64,000 nt of DNA from Lingula anatina (GCA_051362555.1 CM120644.1:5712954-5776953), one strand, 5' to 3'; shown: positions 39,845 through 54,190, numbered from the stretch's first letter. Notes: generated by a model from the sequence alone, not told the origin. Numbers and translations are program-made.

Positions 39845-42800
39845 TACATTTTCAAATGTACACTGACCGATTTGGAGCATACAGAGAACCCAGTCATCAT
39901 GTAGAAGTTAGTAAAAATTATTTCTTCAGATATAAGGGACTGGGGCAGACAGAAAGCCTCGCAAATAAGTACAATATTTAAAATTCTTATTATCTTCAGG
40001 TCCAGGGACAGGGGCAGACAGAGGAGGTGGACAAGGAAGGCCTGGTGTCAGGACACGCATATACTATCACCAATGTTGTCATTGTAAGTCTTGTCTTTGT
40101 CGTTAATAGTGGTTCTTATTGTTGTGACCTTGAGGGCACGATATAGTGTTTTGTGTTTTACACTGCACATTGTATGCAAGTTCATTTAAAGTTATTTTAT
40201 GATATAATACAATATACATGTGTTAATTTGAGTGTTGTATATCAGAAAGATAAAATGGTTAAAAAGATCTGGAATAAACCTACTGATAATAAGTGCATTT
40301 ATAAATGGATACAATGAAGTTAATAATCATATTTACAACAAATATAAGGAAAAGTGTCTTTCAAAAGAAAATGAAATAAAATGGAATAAAATTTCTATAG
40401 AGTTCTAAAATGAACAGAATAGAGACCTGTAAGGATTTTTTAAATTTAAATGTATTTATTTAGTGAGTCTTTGAGTGGGAGTAGTGTTTGGGTTGGAAAT
40501 TGGATTTTTAAATTTTATTATTTTTATTTTATTTATTTATTTATTTTTTTTTTTTTTTTTTTGGATTTTCAATAATTAAATCATACAAATACCTAAACAA
40601 GCCACTTTTATCTATTTCTCCTGACCAGTTAAAGCAGGGTAATGGACTGGCACACCTAATCCGTGTCCGTAACCCCTGGAACAGCGCCACAGAGTGGAAT
40701 GGAGCCTGGAGTGATGGGTGAGAACAGATAAAAGATTTTCATCACTTGATGAATTAAATTTAATTATTTATAAATGATATTTATTTGATAAATATATATC
40801 ATTGATTTTTGTCGTTGTTTTTTTTCTTTTCGTCTATAATTAAAAAAAAAAAACTTTCATGTACATTTTATATATTCATTTTAATATTATATTATATTAA
40901 AGGCATTTCTCTTTTTCAGACATGAGTTTTGGAATCTCATTGATAAGTCAGTAAAAGAGAAGCTTGGCCTCACACATAAAGCTGATGGGGAGTTTTGGAT
41001 GGACTACCGTGACTTTGCTCAAAGATTTAGTATTATCAACATATGCAGTGCAGGACCAGACTTTGATGGGGATGGAATACCAGATCAGTATGGTGAGTTC
41101 AAGATTTTTTTTAATAAAAAAAATGTTTATCACAATTTTCTTGGTAATTGTTTTATAATATGAATTGATTTTTTTTTTCAGTGTACGAAACCGATTTGAT
41201 TTATAGTTATTGGAGTGTTGCTTGAAAGTACACTACTATTGATAATCTGTGTATTTTCCCATACTAGTAAATCGGTGACTTTATTGAAAAGGGGCTATAG
41301 AGTAAATATAGTTTTAGGAACAGGGTATTTATTTATTTATTTATTTATTCATTTATTTATTAGATGTCTGTTTATTCATTTATTAAGAATGTGTGGATGA
41401 CCTTCCATAAATATTTTCACTTGTTCATACCGGTAGGTCATGTTGTGATGGCATTTGGAAACTGGGTAGCAGGACAAACAGCTGGTGGACGGAGAACCCT
41501 TGAAACTTACACCACAAATCCTCAGTATCTTCTTCATGTCACTCACACAGGTAGGCCTACATGTACACTAGATATGTCACTTTATGTCACTTATGCAGGT
41601 AGACTGTACTGGTTATTTGCTACTTCTAGTTACATGGTCATTTTCAAGTACTGTCGATAGTATGCTATACCATTTAATCAATCTGCTATCTTTAAACAGA
41701 AATAAAACTTCACTCATTTAATTTCTGAATTTTGGGGGTTATTACGTTGTGAATGATATGTTATATTGCCTTGTTCGGCTGTTTTGTTGTAAGCCAGTCT
41801 ATAGAAAATGTAGCACTCTCAGCAATATAACTGGACTATTTTTGAAATGAAAATGCTGCACTAAATCTTACAGATTTTGTGTATATTGTAATGGCACCTT
41901 TGTAAATAAACATAACATAGCCACTTAGCAGTATTATTTATTGCAATGTTATTGTTCTATTTTCAGTTATGTTTTTACACCTTTGAAAATAAATGTTATT
42001 TAAATTGTCATTAAAATATCATTGTTCTTTGCAGATAATTTGAACACAGGTGCAGTACTGTTGTCTTACTACTGTTATTTATTGTTATATAATTGTTACA
42101 TTTTCAGATAACTTTAATGGTGATCCTACTGTGGACAGATGCAGTATTGTCATTTCACTGATGCAAGAGTACAGGATGTCTTCTAGAACAGAGATTCCTA
42201 AAGCACATTACATAGGCTTCCATTTGTACAGTGTAAGTCATACAGTATTTATTTATTGTCCATTTTGAGAAACCCCTGTTTAGATTTACCTAAACTGGAA
42301 CAGATTAATACCCCCTTTACACTGGATGGCGTCCTTTCTGCGACCATGAAATTTGGCATCGCTGTGGTCTTACTAAGGAGGCACGAGCATCAAATGGAGT
42401 CATACTGCTAGATGCAGAAAGGACGCCATCCAGTGTAAAAGGGGGCTTTTTATATATATACAAGGAATGTTAAGTAGGGGATAGAGTCTTTAATTGATAT
42501 GTAATCTAGCTGTAAGTGCCCTTTAGTGTCAGAAAGTTGGTCATGATCCTAATCAATATATAATTTGCTCTTGTTTCAATATTATCTGCTTAGGCTTCTT
42601 AAAAAAAGGACATGGGAAGACATATAGCAGGCAGTTTTGTCATGTAAAATATGTACTGAAGTTATAATAATAATAATTATTATTATTATTTATTATTATT
42701 ATTATTTTATCCATCCCAACTACTTTTCGATTCAATAAAAACGTTCTTGTGAATTGATAGCCAAGGCTTATATATTACATCAAATAGCTTATGCCTACCA

Positions 42801-43671
42801 TTTCATACTTGAATGCCTTTGTTTGGCATAGAAGATACCCTTGGTAACCCCCAACTCCTAAACCCCTCTCCCCATATACTGCTACACGTACACCCCTTGA
42901 TATCTTAGATCTGTCAGCAACAACTCTTTCCATTTTATCACCTAAAAATTCTCTCATATTTTTCTTCAGTTTTTATTTATTTATTTATTTCGACAGGTCA
43001 AGCCAGCAGATCCATATGCCAGGAAAGTTATCCCCATTGGTCTCGCTGAAAAGGAAGGTCCATATTTGAACTGTCGTCATGTCTCAGAGCGGTTTCACCT
43101 AAAACCCGGTTATTATCTCTTTGTGCCGAGCACATATGATCCCAACAAGGAAGGAACATTTCTCCTCAGGATATTTGGGGTTCACAAATTTGAATTCATA
43201 GGGTATGTAATTTAAATGTTGTATTGTTATTAGTTCTTTTATATTCATTTATTTAACATTTAATTGTTTAACAGAATGATGCCATAGAACTTTAAATTAA
43301 CTTGAATGGGGTATAAAAATTTATTTTTATTTATTTATCTTTTATTTATTTATTTTTTTTTTATGTGTGTGTGTGTGTGTAGCCAGTCTTATCATTTTCT
43401 TAATTGACAGTTTATTAGTTAGTATGACATATACTGTAACACTGCTGTTTTGCGTTCTGAAACATTTTAAGAGAGAGGGGTGCAACAACAAATGTCATAT
43501 ATTACATTTGAGAAATAATCACTTCATATCTTCATTAGGTGACAGTTTTTGTTGTAGACATGTAACATGGTATATTGACAAGCTGTTTAGTTTTTAAGCA
43601 TGTTTAACTTGTTAAAAATAATGTCTTCAATTCATTTTAGGCCATTGCAACACTTGCCCAATAATGACTGA
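35734..43671 (+). CDS. Calpain (CysPc + calpain-III/C2-like domain, no penta-EF domain), Q-rich N-terminus
   Basis: Exons 35734-36129, 36618-36761, 37894-38034, 38514-38707, 39175-39352, 40000-40083, 40629-40717, 40920-41092, 41437-41550, 42108-42232, 42997-43202, 43641-43671. Motifs: [24 protein letters not shown] (Cys), [32 protein letters not shown] (His), RVRNPW (Asn), DGEFWM, TAGG...[22 protein letters not shown]. Confidence 0.93.
36836..37391. mobile_element. Intronic MITE with TIR TACCCCGTTCACACTAC (Harbinger-like terminus)
   Basis: Inverted termini TACCCCGTTCACACTAC / GTAGTGTGAACGGGGTA and internal CGTTCACACT repeats. Confidence 0.7.
38951..39212 (+). repeat. 54-bp tandem repeat (about 5 units) spanning the calpain exon-5 splice acceptor
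   Basis: TTCAG|ACTCCATGGCTCC(A/T)ATGAAGCACTGTG... with the base after the AG at 38959, 39013, 39067, 39121 and 39175. Confidence 0.95.
42311..42446. mobile_element. Short internally deleted copy of the 7626-8781 Harbinger-like family
   Basis: Same TIR CCCCTTTACACTGGA(T)GGCGTCCTTTCTGC at both ends. Confidence 0.75.
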
Positions 43672-46600
43672 CAGGAACTTACATCCTTGACCCAAAGTTG
43701 AGTTTTCAAGATAATCAGAGGTTCCCAGACCAGAGTGCCCTCCATCTACATAATTCCTTAATTTATCTATTTATTAGTAATTCTGATAATTGATCTTTGC
43801 AAATATAAACACTTTCATCGTGTCCAATCTGATAGCTTTCAGGGATGTTAAACAGTGGCAATAGTGTAATGAAAGAAAGCAATTTTAGATGTGAAGCAAG
43901 ATTTGCTTACTGCAGTAGATAGGATACTAGTACTCTGCTTTGCCACCAGGTGTCATGCTAGTCAACTGATCAAATTGCGGGGCATGAAATAATGGTAAAT
44001 TTTTGCTGAAATTATGGCAATTTGTGGAGCTCACTAGATCATTACAAAGTGGAAGTGTACCGGTACTCTGAGGAAGGCAGTAAAATTAGACATTAAATAT
44101 ATGTTATTATTGACTTGGCTGCTCATGATGTTAATACGGGGTAAGTTGTTTTTAACACTTTAGAAAAATCATATTGACCAATATTTTTACCTGTGATACA
44201 TTAATTGTAATACCAGTCAGTTAAGCTACATAGGTCTGTTTAGAAAGGGCATTAAGTTTTTAAACTGTGATACATGTCATTTTTTAAATTTTCTATGAAT
44301 TTATATGGAACAGAAACTGCAAGCATCATGTTTGTAGTATTTTTAACCCAGGTATATATACTAATTACTAGTATGTCCGTGAACTGTGATCAAACAAGCA
44401 TTATTACGCATTTTGACAAACACTAACAGTATATTGTATACATGTATATCTATAGTGTACTTCTTTAGTTTTCTGCATCATTTTTTGTAACATTTTGATG
44501 GTATTTTTTTTTTACCAATTTATATATTGATTGATTTTTTATTGATAATCAGTCTCAAATGAGGCAGCTGTTTTGTTATTTGCTTTGTTTTTGTCATTTC
44601 AAGGTATGTACATGATCCATATGTGACAGTTATTGCTATTTCCATTCGACTTACTAAATAGGTAGGTTTTTAAAAATCATGTTCTTAAAAGAATATAGTC
44701 ACCTGCATGGTAATTGGTAATGTTCAAAATTGACTATTTTGTGCAAGCGGACACTTAGTCTGTGTTGTTAAACCAAAGCTGGAGAACGTTTTCATTTTCA
44801 AATATATCTACCCAAACAGGCTGTCTTCGTTGATTTGTCATTAATTTACGTAGATTCTGTATATCTGAAATGATGCCACTGGCGATTTTGCGAAGTTTTT
44901 AGAAATAACTTTATTGGATATGTATCCAACGTCCATATGCAGTCATTAGTAAGTCAATTCTACAGATTTTAAGTAGCAGCAGCCTCTTTTTAGCATCTTT
45001 GTAGCAACAAAGAAACATTTTATTATAACAGTTTGATGTAGGAACCTATGGTGGGGGGCCGTAGAACTGCTCACAGAGATAATCTATGGGGCTTGTCTGG
45101 CTTCTCGAGGTGAACAAATTCAATATATTGACCCATGCTTGGAGACTGGGCGAGCAGGGAAAAGCCACCGGTGCCCGTTTTTGTCTTGATTTGGCCTCAC
45201 TGACGGACCACTGTCCCAGTCCCACTGTGCTCTCTGTTTTCCTTTTTGTTTTCCTGGACAGATACGGACAGATACGGTTACCTTGGTCTCCGACTGTTTC
45301 AAATGGTCCGGAAACTGCAAGATGAAATAGAACACACAGAGAGTGAGCATAACATTGTGCAGTGGGAATTCCCTGGTTGGGACGACATGGAGAACGTACC
45401 CAATTTACTGGTAGATGTGGGGTACAAACAGTTTTGACATTCCCCCCACCCCCCCTACCCCCGGCAAAAATGGGAATTGCTGCAGTTTGAACTATTCGAA
45501 GCATTCTTTTGCATGTGGTCTGTCAATGTGAGCGTTGTTTTTCAACTTGGGAAGAAGGTAGGCCGGAATCTGCTTTTTTTTTTTTTTTTTTTTTTTTAGG
45601 GTTGCTTAATAGCTTCTGGTTTTGCTGTTTGTACCTGTATTTCAATTACACCCCAGCGATACTCACTGCAGCAACTTAGTAAATACAATGTATGTATTCG
45701 GTGGGTATTCATTGAATACTCTAAGTACATGTATCAATGAGCATTCTGGGAATTAGTATAGTTGACTTCTTCATAGATAAAAAAATCTAACTCCTGGTAC
45801 CCATCAGCTAAAACGGATTCTTTATTGTTTATAATTAAGATAAGCAATCTCAGTATCAGTGAACGGCAGTGTTGTCATGCGTACCTTCCCGTTTCCGTCT
45901 ATTAGCCAACCCAGCTGTACCCGGTAGAAAGGACGGCGCTCCAGTTTCTAAGGCGTCGCACTTGTTTCCTAGACATTGCCATTGAGGTACTTGGAAGTTG
46001 TTTTCCACAGTAAGCTGACACAGAAGCAAAACGATAGGCTGAAATTGAAACATAGGTTAAAGATACATACAAAATAAATTTTTTGTCACAAAAACCAACC
46101 AAATGCCAGCATATAGTTTCAAGTAGTATAACTAAGAGAATTACCAAAAGGCGTTGTTTAGTTTTACCCGAAAATGATGATTGAACAGATTTTTTCTGCT
46201 GGCATTCTAAGCTGTATATCAATGGGGCAGAAAGGAGCAGTCTAAAGGTATTTTATGGCTGATCGAATGATCTATTCAGTTTATTCCTTGGCATGTCAAA
46301 TTTATTTGAGTCATATAAGAATCTAGTAGAAGTGGTTTACATGTGTTACTGGGAATCCACGCTCCACCGATGCTCGGTTCGTATGTACCTTTAAAAGTTG
46401 AATTATTTGGTTATGATAAATGTAGACAATGAAACATAATCAACGTATTTGAGGGCATTTAAGGTTAATGTCTACAGTTCAATTTCTATTTTCGCCTTTC
46501 TAAAAGCAGAATAAGAAATAAGTGTCGTTTTTCGTAGACGGCTCTGGCATCCAGAAACTAGCGTTGTTTTTCAAGAAAATAAACGACCACGTAAATAAAT

Positions 46601-47321
46601 AATATTAGGTCGGAGGAAAATGCATGCGTACCCCTTGATGTGTCGCCAAGCTGTAGGATGAATTTTATTCAATTCAATTTATATATATATAACGGTGTGG
46701 AAAAATTTTAAAAACTCTATGTATTAAACTGCATTCTGGTGCATTTTAACTGTTATTTATTGCTCAATCAGAAGTCAGAAATTGTGGGTTCATTTTGCCA
46801 TAAGTACAGTCATTTTTTAACACAACACGCAAATTGGCCTGGGGGATAGCTCCCTAAGGGAGGATGAGCTTTTTGGCATGAACTGAGTTGGGTAAAAACA
46901 GTGCACATTTGTAAACAGATTGTTGAATGATTGTCTAGTGGCCATGAGTGCATTTTCTCACAGAATTGATACCAACTTTGCAATTTTTTTTTTTACCTTT
47001 GCAATTATAATTATTATTATTATTTGCACCTCAAATCCCAGGGGGGGCAGCTGCCCCCCTGCCCCCCCGGAGGCTACGGCCCTGCATATATACATACCAA
47101 GAGAAAAAAAATACTTTTTTAAGATACAATGTGACCTCCATGGTATGCCATATTCAAAATCGTTGATAAAATTACGAACTACAGCTCAGATTTTTGGCTT
47201 AAAGTTCCCAATAGCTGAGTCACTGTAGACCTCACAGAGAATATGGATACTGAGAAAATTTTCTCCTAACTTACATGTATATAAATAAAATTGTATAATT
47301 TAAATTGCAAAAATGACTCAC

Positions 47322-47519
47322 TGGCCTGGCACGTCCCGTTTGTCGATGGTACCGACGACAACGGGCAGAGACACGTATGCGTGGATCCGGTTATTAACGA
47401 AAACAGCGGATTCTGTACACATCTTGTATTATCTCCACAAGCCAGTGGCGGGAAAATAGTTCCATACCCCTCCGCTGAACAGGGACCGAATAGACTCGTG
47501 CTATTATCGTTTGTATACC
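47322..47519 (-). CDS. Isolated phase 1-1 exon encoding a six-cysteine extracellular module (EB/EGF-like)
   Basis: TTTCCAG acceptor, GTGAGT donor, 198 nt; YTNDNSTSLFGPC...LACGDNTRC...HTCLCPLSSVPSTNGTCQA with N-glycosylation sequons; partner exons not resolved. Confidence 0.5.
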
Positions 47520-47615
47520 CTGGAAATATGAACATTCATATCTGTAACTAATAAATCCAAATGGTTTTCATTCCTTTGCGCGATAACTGCCATTAAAAAA
47601 AATAATAAAATAAAA

Positions 47616-47646
<31 letters not shown>

Positions 47647-49898
47647 AATAAAATAAAATAAAATAAAATAAAATAGGGATTTGCTATACCATGCAGTTAC
47701 CGGTTACGTTTAGTTAAAATTACCAAAATTTAGAAAAATAACTGGCACTATGTTCTCTCACGGAATATTCAGGACCTTTATAGATAACGCCCTTTTTGTT
47801 GCTTTTCGAATATTATTTATCTTTTGATAGTCTTGAGCTTGACACCTCAACTCTGCAGTATGTATGTAAACCAGTTTGGGTCTTCGCTGCATTTACGTAG
47901 TGACATTTTGAGGGGCATGATGGTCAAAAGCTCTCAGCTCACTGTTCACTGGATAATGGCTTTTTATGTTGTCACTTTTAACAACAGCCACCAGCAACAT
48001 ATGATAAAGTCAAATCAAAATCAATCATCACCTCCAGCTAAAAAATGACCACTCAGCTTCGCGTCTTACACCACTACACGTCACTTCCAGTACAATTCTG
48101 ATAAATTCCCCGTCTCCTCCGGTACCCCTTATTTGACCATTTCTCCAAATACAGAGAAATTATAGTGTGCTGCTGATAAAACGATATCAGTAGAAGACCA
48201 GATGTGGCTATCCCACTGAGCTTCCCTCCAATTTGTGGTATATCGATCATATTTCACTGTAAGATGACGAGCTGTAAAATCAAACAAAAAATTGATCTTA
48301 TTCGCTTATGCTGTACGTTAAGCAATAGGCACATGATGCACGTCCGTTAATTTCGACAAAACGGTCATTTGTGAAGACATGGTTATCCTAACACAATCGT
48401 TTATTTAGAACACGTTAATTGTTTTTTTTTTTTTTTTTTTCTTGAAGTGTCACGTGGTGAAATTTCAAAATAATCTTGTAAATACCTGTGAGTCCCTCGA
48501 TCTGTTGGCGGGTAACCGCTTGGTGTATAGTGCGAGTTGTCTCGTCGTGCTTCTGAAAGTGTCCCGTATTCACTTGTGCAGATCGAGTCTCACTTGTTTT
48601 AATAAAAAACCGCTTATCTCTTGAGAGGTAAACTCACTGGTTTGGATGCAACTAACTTATTAAATGTTAATTAACAGAGAAACGGTGCATTTCTTCTGCT
48701 TATCTCAGGGTGGTGATTATACCCATAATTATCCTCTACTGTGAATATGCTATGTCACATCGAAAATCATTACCATCCAATTTGCAGGTAGCGTGTACAG
48801 ATATGTATAATTACCCCTTATCGTTTCACATAATGATCCTTGGCCATAGTGATGGTAATAATTAAACCTAGAGATAACTGTCTAGCCAATTCGTGGCTAA
48901 CGATCTTTTTAATAAAAATGTTTCATCTACTTATTGACAAGAGATTTAAGCCTCTTCCTATTTTTAGAAACACCTAACCCTCCTGGCGTTAATGGAATCA
49001 TGGCCGTACAACTTAATTTTGGTTTACTTTGTGACGCTTTTAAAAGTTATGTACCTCCCCTCCTTTTGTTGTGTTTAGCAACGGAATATAAGCCACACAA
49101 TTAAAATTTCCATATTGATTTAATATTTTTGAAAATGTAAATGATTAACCGATATATCACATATACAATAAAACAAATAATATTCAAATGCGTTGATAAA
49201 TAATGATTTTTTCAGGGTAAATACATTTATCCTTGGCTACATCCCTTGTTTTCACTTTTTAATATGGATACTGAAAATTCACGTTGTAGGCCTACAGTAG
49301 TAGACGTGCGCTTTCTTTTATTCTTTTTTTTTTTCAATTTTTACTTTTATAGTCTGTCCTATTTCTGGACATCTTATCTTACAGCATGTATAACAATTAC
49401 CGTTATAAGCACTGCAGATTGGTGAAAAAAAGGCAATTCTAATTAAGTTGACAATCATTGATTTGTTATTAGTCTCGTTAGATGCTTCACACTGAGGAGA
49501 ACGACGGTTTTTGACAAACAACTACCATCTTTGCTCGATTTCAAATTGAATAATCGTCTGTTTCTTTCACGTCTAAATGCAAGCTCGGTATAATTTTCTA
49601 AAAACCTTTCATTATAACGATACGGGCATGTGTTCATTGTCGAAATCACTCGTTGGAAAAAAAGAGAGAATAGCAGTCCTGGAAAGTCATAGTATGCTAG
49701 TGAATGCTGATGAGAATTTAATGACAGCCCTATTAACACGACGCTATTAAGTGATAAAACAGTGTAATATTCAGCAGGTGTCCTACAACTGTATATGCCG
49801 TTAAAACATTATGGTTGCAGATACAAACTCATCTGCGATAGAGATGTTGGGGTGGGAGGGGTTGGTTTTAGACAAAAATACAGTAGGCGGTTTATTAA

Positions 49899-50087
49899 AG
49901 GGATAACAATTGTTCGTAAGATATCCATATTTTAAAATAAATACATTGTACAAAAACCCATTAAAATAAAAAAAATCTATTTTACCACCAAAACGGCGAT
50001 TGGCGCAATTATTCTAGAATTTGTGCTTGCCATCACATCAGGTGACCTCCATGGAACACTCTGTATAAATCTCTTAAGACAATATTA

Positions 50088-50147
<60 letters not shown>

Positions 50148-50250
50148 ACAAACTTTGAATGTGGAAATGGATTCGTTACCCATTGGTAAGTATGGAAAAA
50201 TTGTCCCAGGAATAACCATTTGTGTGCCAAAATGAACTGTTGTTATCCCT
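49899..50250. mobile_element. TTAA-flanked MITE (same family as 21199-21546) with a long poly-A tract
   Basis: TTAA|AGGGATAACA ... TGTTATCCCT|TTAA; absent at the homologous positions of the other repeat units (about 58200, about 63760). Confidence 0.75.
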
Positions 50251-51203
50251 TTAAGTAGACCGCACTTTACTGTCAGCAAATTGTCGCACTTACAGCACGA
50301 ACAAAAAGACGAATGCAGGGTCGTTTTGGATAATATGAAAATCGAACACAGCCTTGCCGTATAGGCTGTTATGTGTATCTCGATATTTGACGTGAGTCAG
50401 AAGGTACCGGGTATTTAACTGTCTTGAGAGGCGCATTTAATGTCTTACTGTGACAACTAAATCCTAAATCCTAAATTAGCTCTAGCTGATGAATCACTCA
50501 AATCTCAACATAACATTAGATCTCGATATTTATTTACACACGGACATCATATTGCTCAAGGAAAACAATTTATGGCATATAAAACTTTTTTTATATATAT
50601 CTGATAAAGAAAATTGTTGTTGGTTTCTTATCATTTTTGATGATATTACAGTATACCACAGAGAAAATAATGGGACAAGTCAGAATTATACAAGTATTAT
50701 ACAAAACTAGGGCGCATGTCACTAACTGGCGTTACTATATGAGGAAAAGCTCTAGCTGATGAACCACTCCAATTACACTCGAAACCCACCCGAGCAATAT
50801 CGTGGAAAGATGCCTCAAAAGCAGGGTGTGCTGACGGCATAGAATAATACGAGTGAAAGATCTGGTAAAAATTAAAAGGAGGCGTTCCTTTTTGACCACA
50901 GTAAATGTTTTTAGAGTCATATTTCTAGCTCAACTGAACGCAATATCACCAATGCAGTATGACGTGCCGATCCTTGGCCCAAGGACCCTGATCACGAAAC
51001 CGAGTCATAATGAAGTAAATATGCAAATTGTGAGGCGTCGTTTAAAAGACGATTAATTTCTACCAGCATGTTTTCTGCAGAAATATACTTATATTTCAGA
51101 TCAAACAAACCATTGCCTATATCGCTCAGCATCGACACAGAACTCTCTGTCACAGCCCGGAAACATTTAGAACATTTCATCTGTGTAGTTGATACGGTTC
51201 AGG

Positions 51204-52219
51204 ATGAAGATGATCCTAGTCTTGATTTTACTGGCGGCTATTGCCACCCAAGGTAATAACTTTATATGTTAACGCGTTCTCTGAATAGTAATGAATAAGA
51301 AAAATGTTTCTTTACAGAGAGGAAGAACTTGTACAGATTGATTGAATAATAACAATATGTTTATTTCTAGAGAGAAAAAACTTATGTAGTTTGATGTAGA
51401 AACCAAATGCCCTTAAAGAAATGCTAATATAAAGCTATGGGGATGAACAGGTCCAAACAGATGGGTACCTGCATTGGAATTTAGATTATGAGTATGACAT
51501 AAGGAGCAATATGAAAAGAACATTTTAAATCAATTTTGTAACTAGTATACTTAACAAGTTAAAATCATGCCGTTGTAGTTGGAGATGATAGAAAACACAG
51601 TTGTATATTTTTTTGTTCACTCCTTATACATGTATTTAGGACACGTAAGTGTTCCATAGTCAAAATAACGCAACATTATTACCTAAAACTAAGATTTTCG
51701 CCTGTGCACAAAATGCATTTCATATTTACTTTTCCAGAATTATCTGCTGGACCTGTGCAGGCAGATGCTGGAAGCAGGGTTGTGCGAGGTATGGCACCCA
51801 ATATGACTAAGAGAGGGTACGACTGTTTCGTTCACTCTGACTGCCAAGACGACTGCCGTGGTTGTGAAGTCTACAACTGCCGTTTAATCGACAGATATAA
51901 CAAGAGGTGCATGTGTGATGGTTGTGTAAGTATTATAGCATATAGCCTTAAGATGTTGTTAATAGTTGCGCGTCACTTTTACCCCATATTGTCCACATTG
52001 GTGATGTGGCGTCGCAGTAGATAAACATTATATCAATATTGTTTTCCATTACTTTATATACAGTTAGCTAGCGATTGGTGCGAAAATCAAGTCCCAGGAA
52101 CCAGTTTCAATTGATTAAGTAAACAATTCCGCAGATTGGTCTTCTTCAGTTCAGTTCAGTTTATGACAATTATAACACTTATAATTATTTTTAATTTTTA
52201 ACTTTTCTTTCAGTACTAA
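51204..52219 (+). CDS. Secreted 8-Cys CSalpha/beta (defensin/scorpion-toxin-like) prepropeptide, copy 1
   Basis: Exons 51204-51252, 51738-51925, 52214-52219: MKMILVLILLAAIATQELSA-GPVQADAGSRVVRGMAPNMTKR-GYDCFVHSDCQDDCRGCEVYNCRLIDRYNKRCMCDGCY*; AATAAA at 52296. Confidence 0.85.
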
Positions 52220-54190
52220 AACATCTGAATATAGACATTTCAACAGGAAGAAGAGACCATTGAATTGATCAAATCTTAATTTCATTTTGGAAGTTAATAA
52301 AATGAGGCAAACAAAAAGCTCTGTTTTTACATGTTAGCCGTAGTTTAATACCAGACTGCACTCGATCGTGCCAGATTTACAATTGCTTGCGATCTCACCT
52401 AACGCATTCAGAGATCCGAAAATCTTTTGTATTTATTGAAAAATTGATTGAAATAGTTGGTCTTTATTCATAGGGTGGTGTGAAAAATTAAGTCTTGGCC
52501 AATTTGTAATTTTCTCTTCGACTGTTCATGCCAAGAACTGCTCTACTGGAAATGGTTTTTGCTGTTAGGGTAAAATACCAGCAACACTCAAATGCTTTAT
52601 GATTTTGAATTATTTAAACAAAACAAGTCATATTTCACTGGGATTCTTTCGAAAGAGGATAGATGTGCCATTATAAGGATATGATAGGTTTTTGGGAAAG
52701 TATCTCTTTTTATCTATCTCGTTAGAAATAAATAATTGTGCAAACAGTCAAATAGCGTAATGAGTGTTCTATTTTTTTTTCTTTTTTGTTGATAGTCTGG
52801 TCATATCAATAACGGTTTTGTCATTCAGCTACATACAACACATTTTAAATAATGGCCGCAATTTTCACCAAGACGCGATTCCTCTGTCGACATTTTTTTT
52901 TTTAATTGCTGTAGGCTTATGGCCAATTTATTCAGTAACATGTAGCACGAGCAGCTCATTTTGGGTGTAGGGTCTTCCTACGTGTTAAGGAACAACACAA
53001 TGCATGTTAAATATTCCAATCCCCAGTCAATGAGACCACATTCAACTTGTAAGAACTACCTTTTTGTAGTCAATAGTATTTTTTCATGTGAAATAAATGG
53101 CAATCCTAAAAAAGTCAGTTTCCAATTAATATAATTCTCAAGCACTTCCATTCTACAACGAGCAATTAAATTTATATTCAATGCAAAATGGTCACTTATG
53201 ATAATGAATCCCTGACAGCTAAATAAGTTCTCACTGTCCTACCTAGACCTGGGGACGAGTTCGAGCATTATAACTCTATTAAGGCATAGCTGCATCACTG
53301 ATAATTACGATCAAATCAGTTGGAAGCAAAATACATTGACTATTTATAATTCAGTCTTTTAGGAAGTTAATGAAATGAAGCAAAGAAAGAAAACTGTGTT
53401 CAGTTAGATATGACCATATTTAACATCCTTCACGAGCGCCTCGGCTCCGTAACTCGAAATCATCGCATACTGCAACAGCAGTTAAAGCCAACATAGCTTT
53501 ATAATCATGCATTAAGACATGAAAGACGGCGGTTATAATGAGACGAGATGGCGGGACAACGTTAACTAGGTTTGTTCTATTGAAACTTGCTTGAAACTTG
53601 GTTTATCATAAGACATCATATTCTTTTAAGAAAAACAATTTTTGGCATATGTATAACTGTTTTATGTTACTGATAAAGAAAAGCGTTTTGTTTTTATCAT
53701 TTTGAATATTATAGTATACCGCAGAGAGAATAAAAAAGACAAGACAGAAGTATACTTCGATTACACAGAATTAGGGCGTGTGTTACTGACGTGACTATTG
53801 CAAAGAGCTCTAAATAACTCAAATTTCACTCGAATCTCTTCCGACTACTATCGGGCAGAGTTGTCTCAATAAGAAGGATTCTATTTCATCTAGAGTAAAT
53901 ATTTTTAGGAAGCATTTCTAACTATATCGCCAATGAAGTATGACGTGTCGATCTTTCACCTAAGGACCCTGATCACGAGACTGAGTCATATCATGTAGTT
54001 AATATGCAAATTCTGCGTCCTCGTTTGAAAAACGATTCATTTCTACCAGCATGTTTTCTGCAGAAATATAATTATATTTCAGTCCAAACAAACCATTGCC
54101 TATATTGCTTGGCATCGGCACAGAACTCCCTCTCTGTCACAGCTCAGAGACCTTCAGAACATTTCATCCAAGTGGTCGATACGGTTTAGA

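Noticed and set aside
47895-48000. Signal-peptide exon for the six-Cys exon (MLLVAVVKSD...)
   Set aside because: Hydrophobic stretch is too short and the donor phase does not match.
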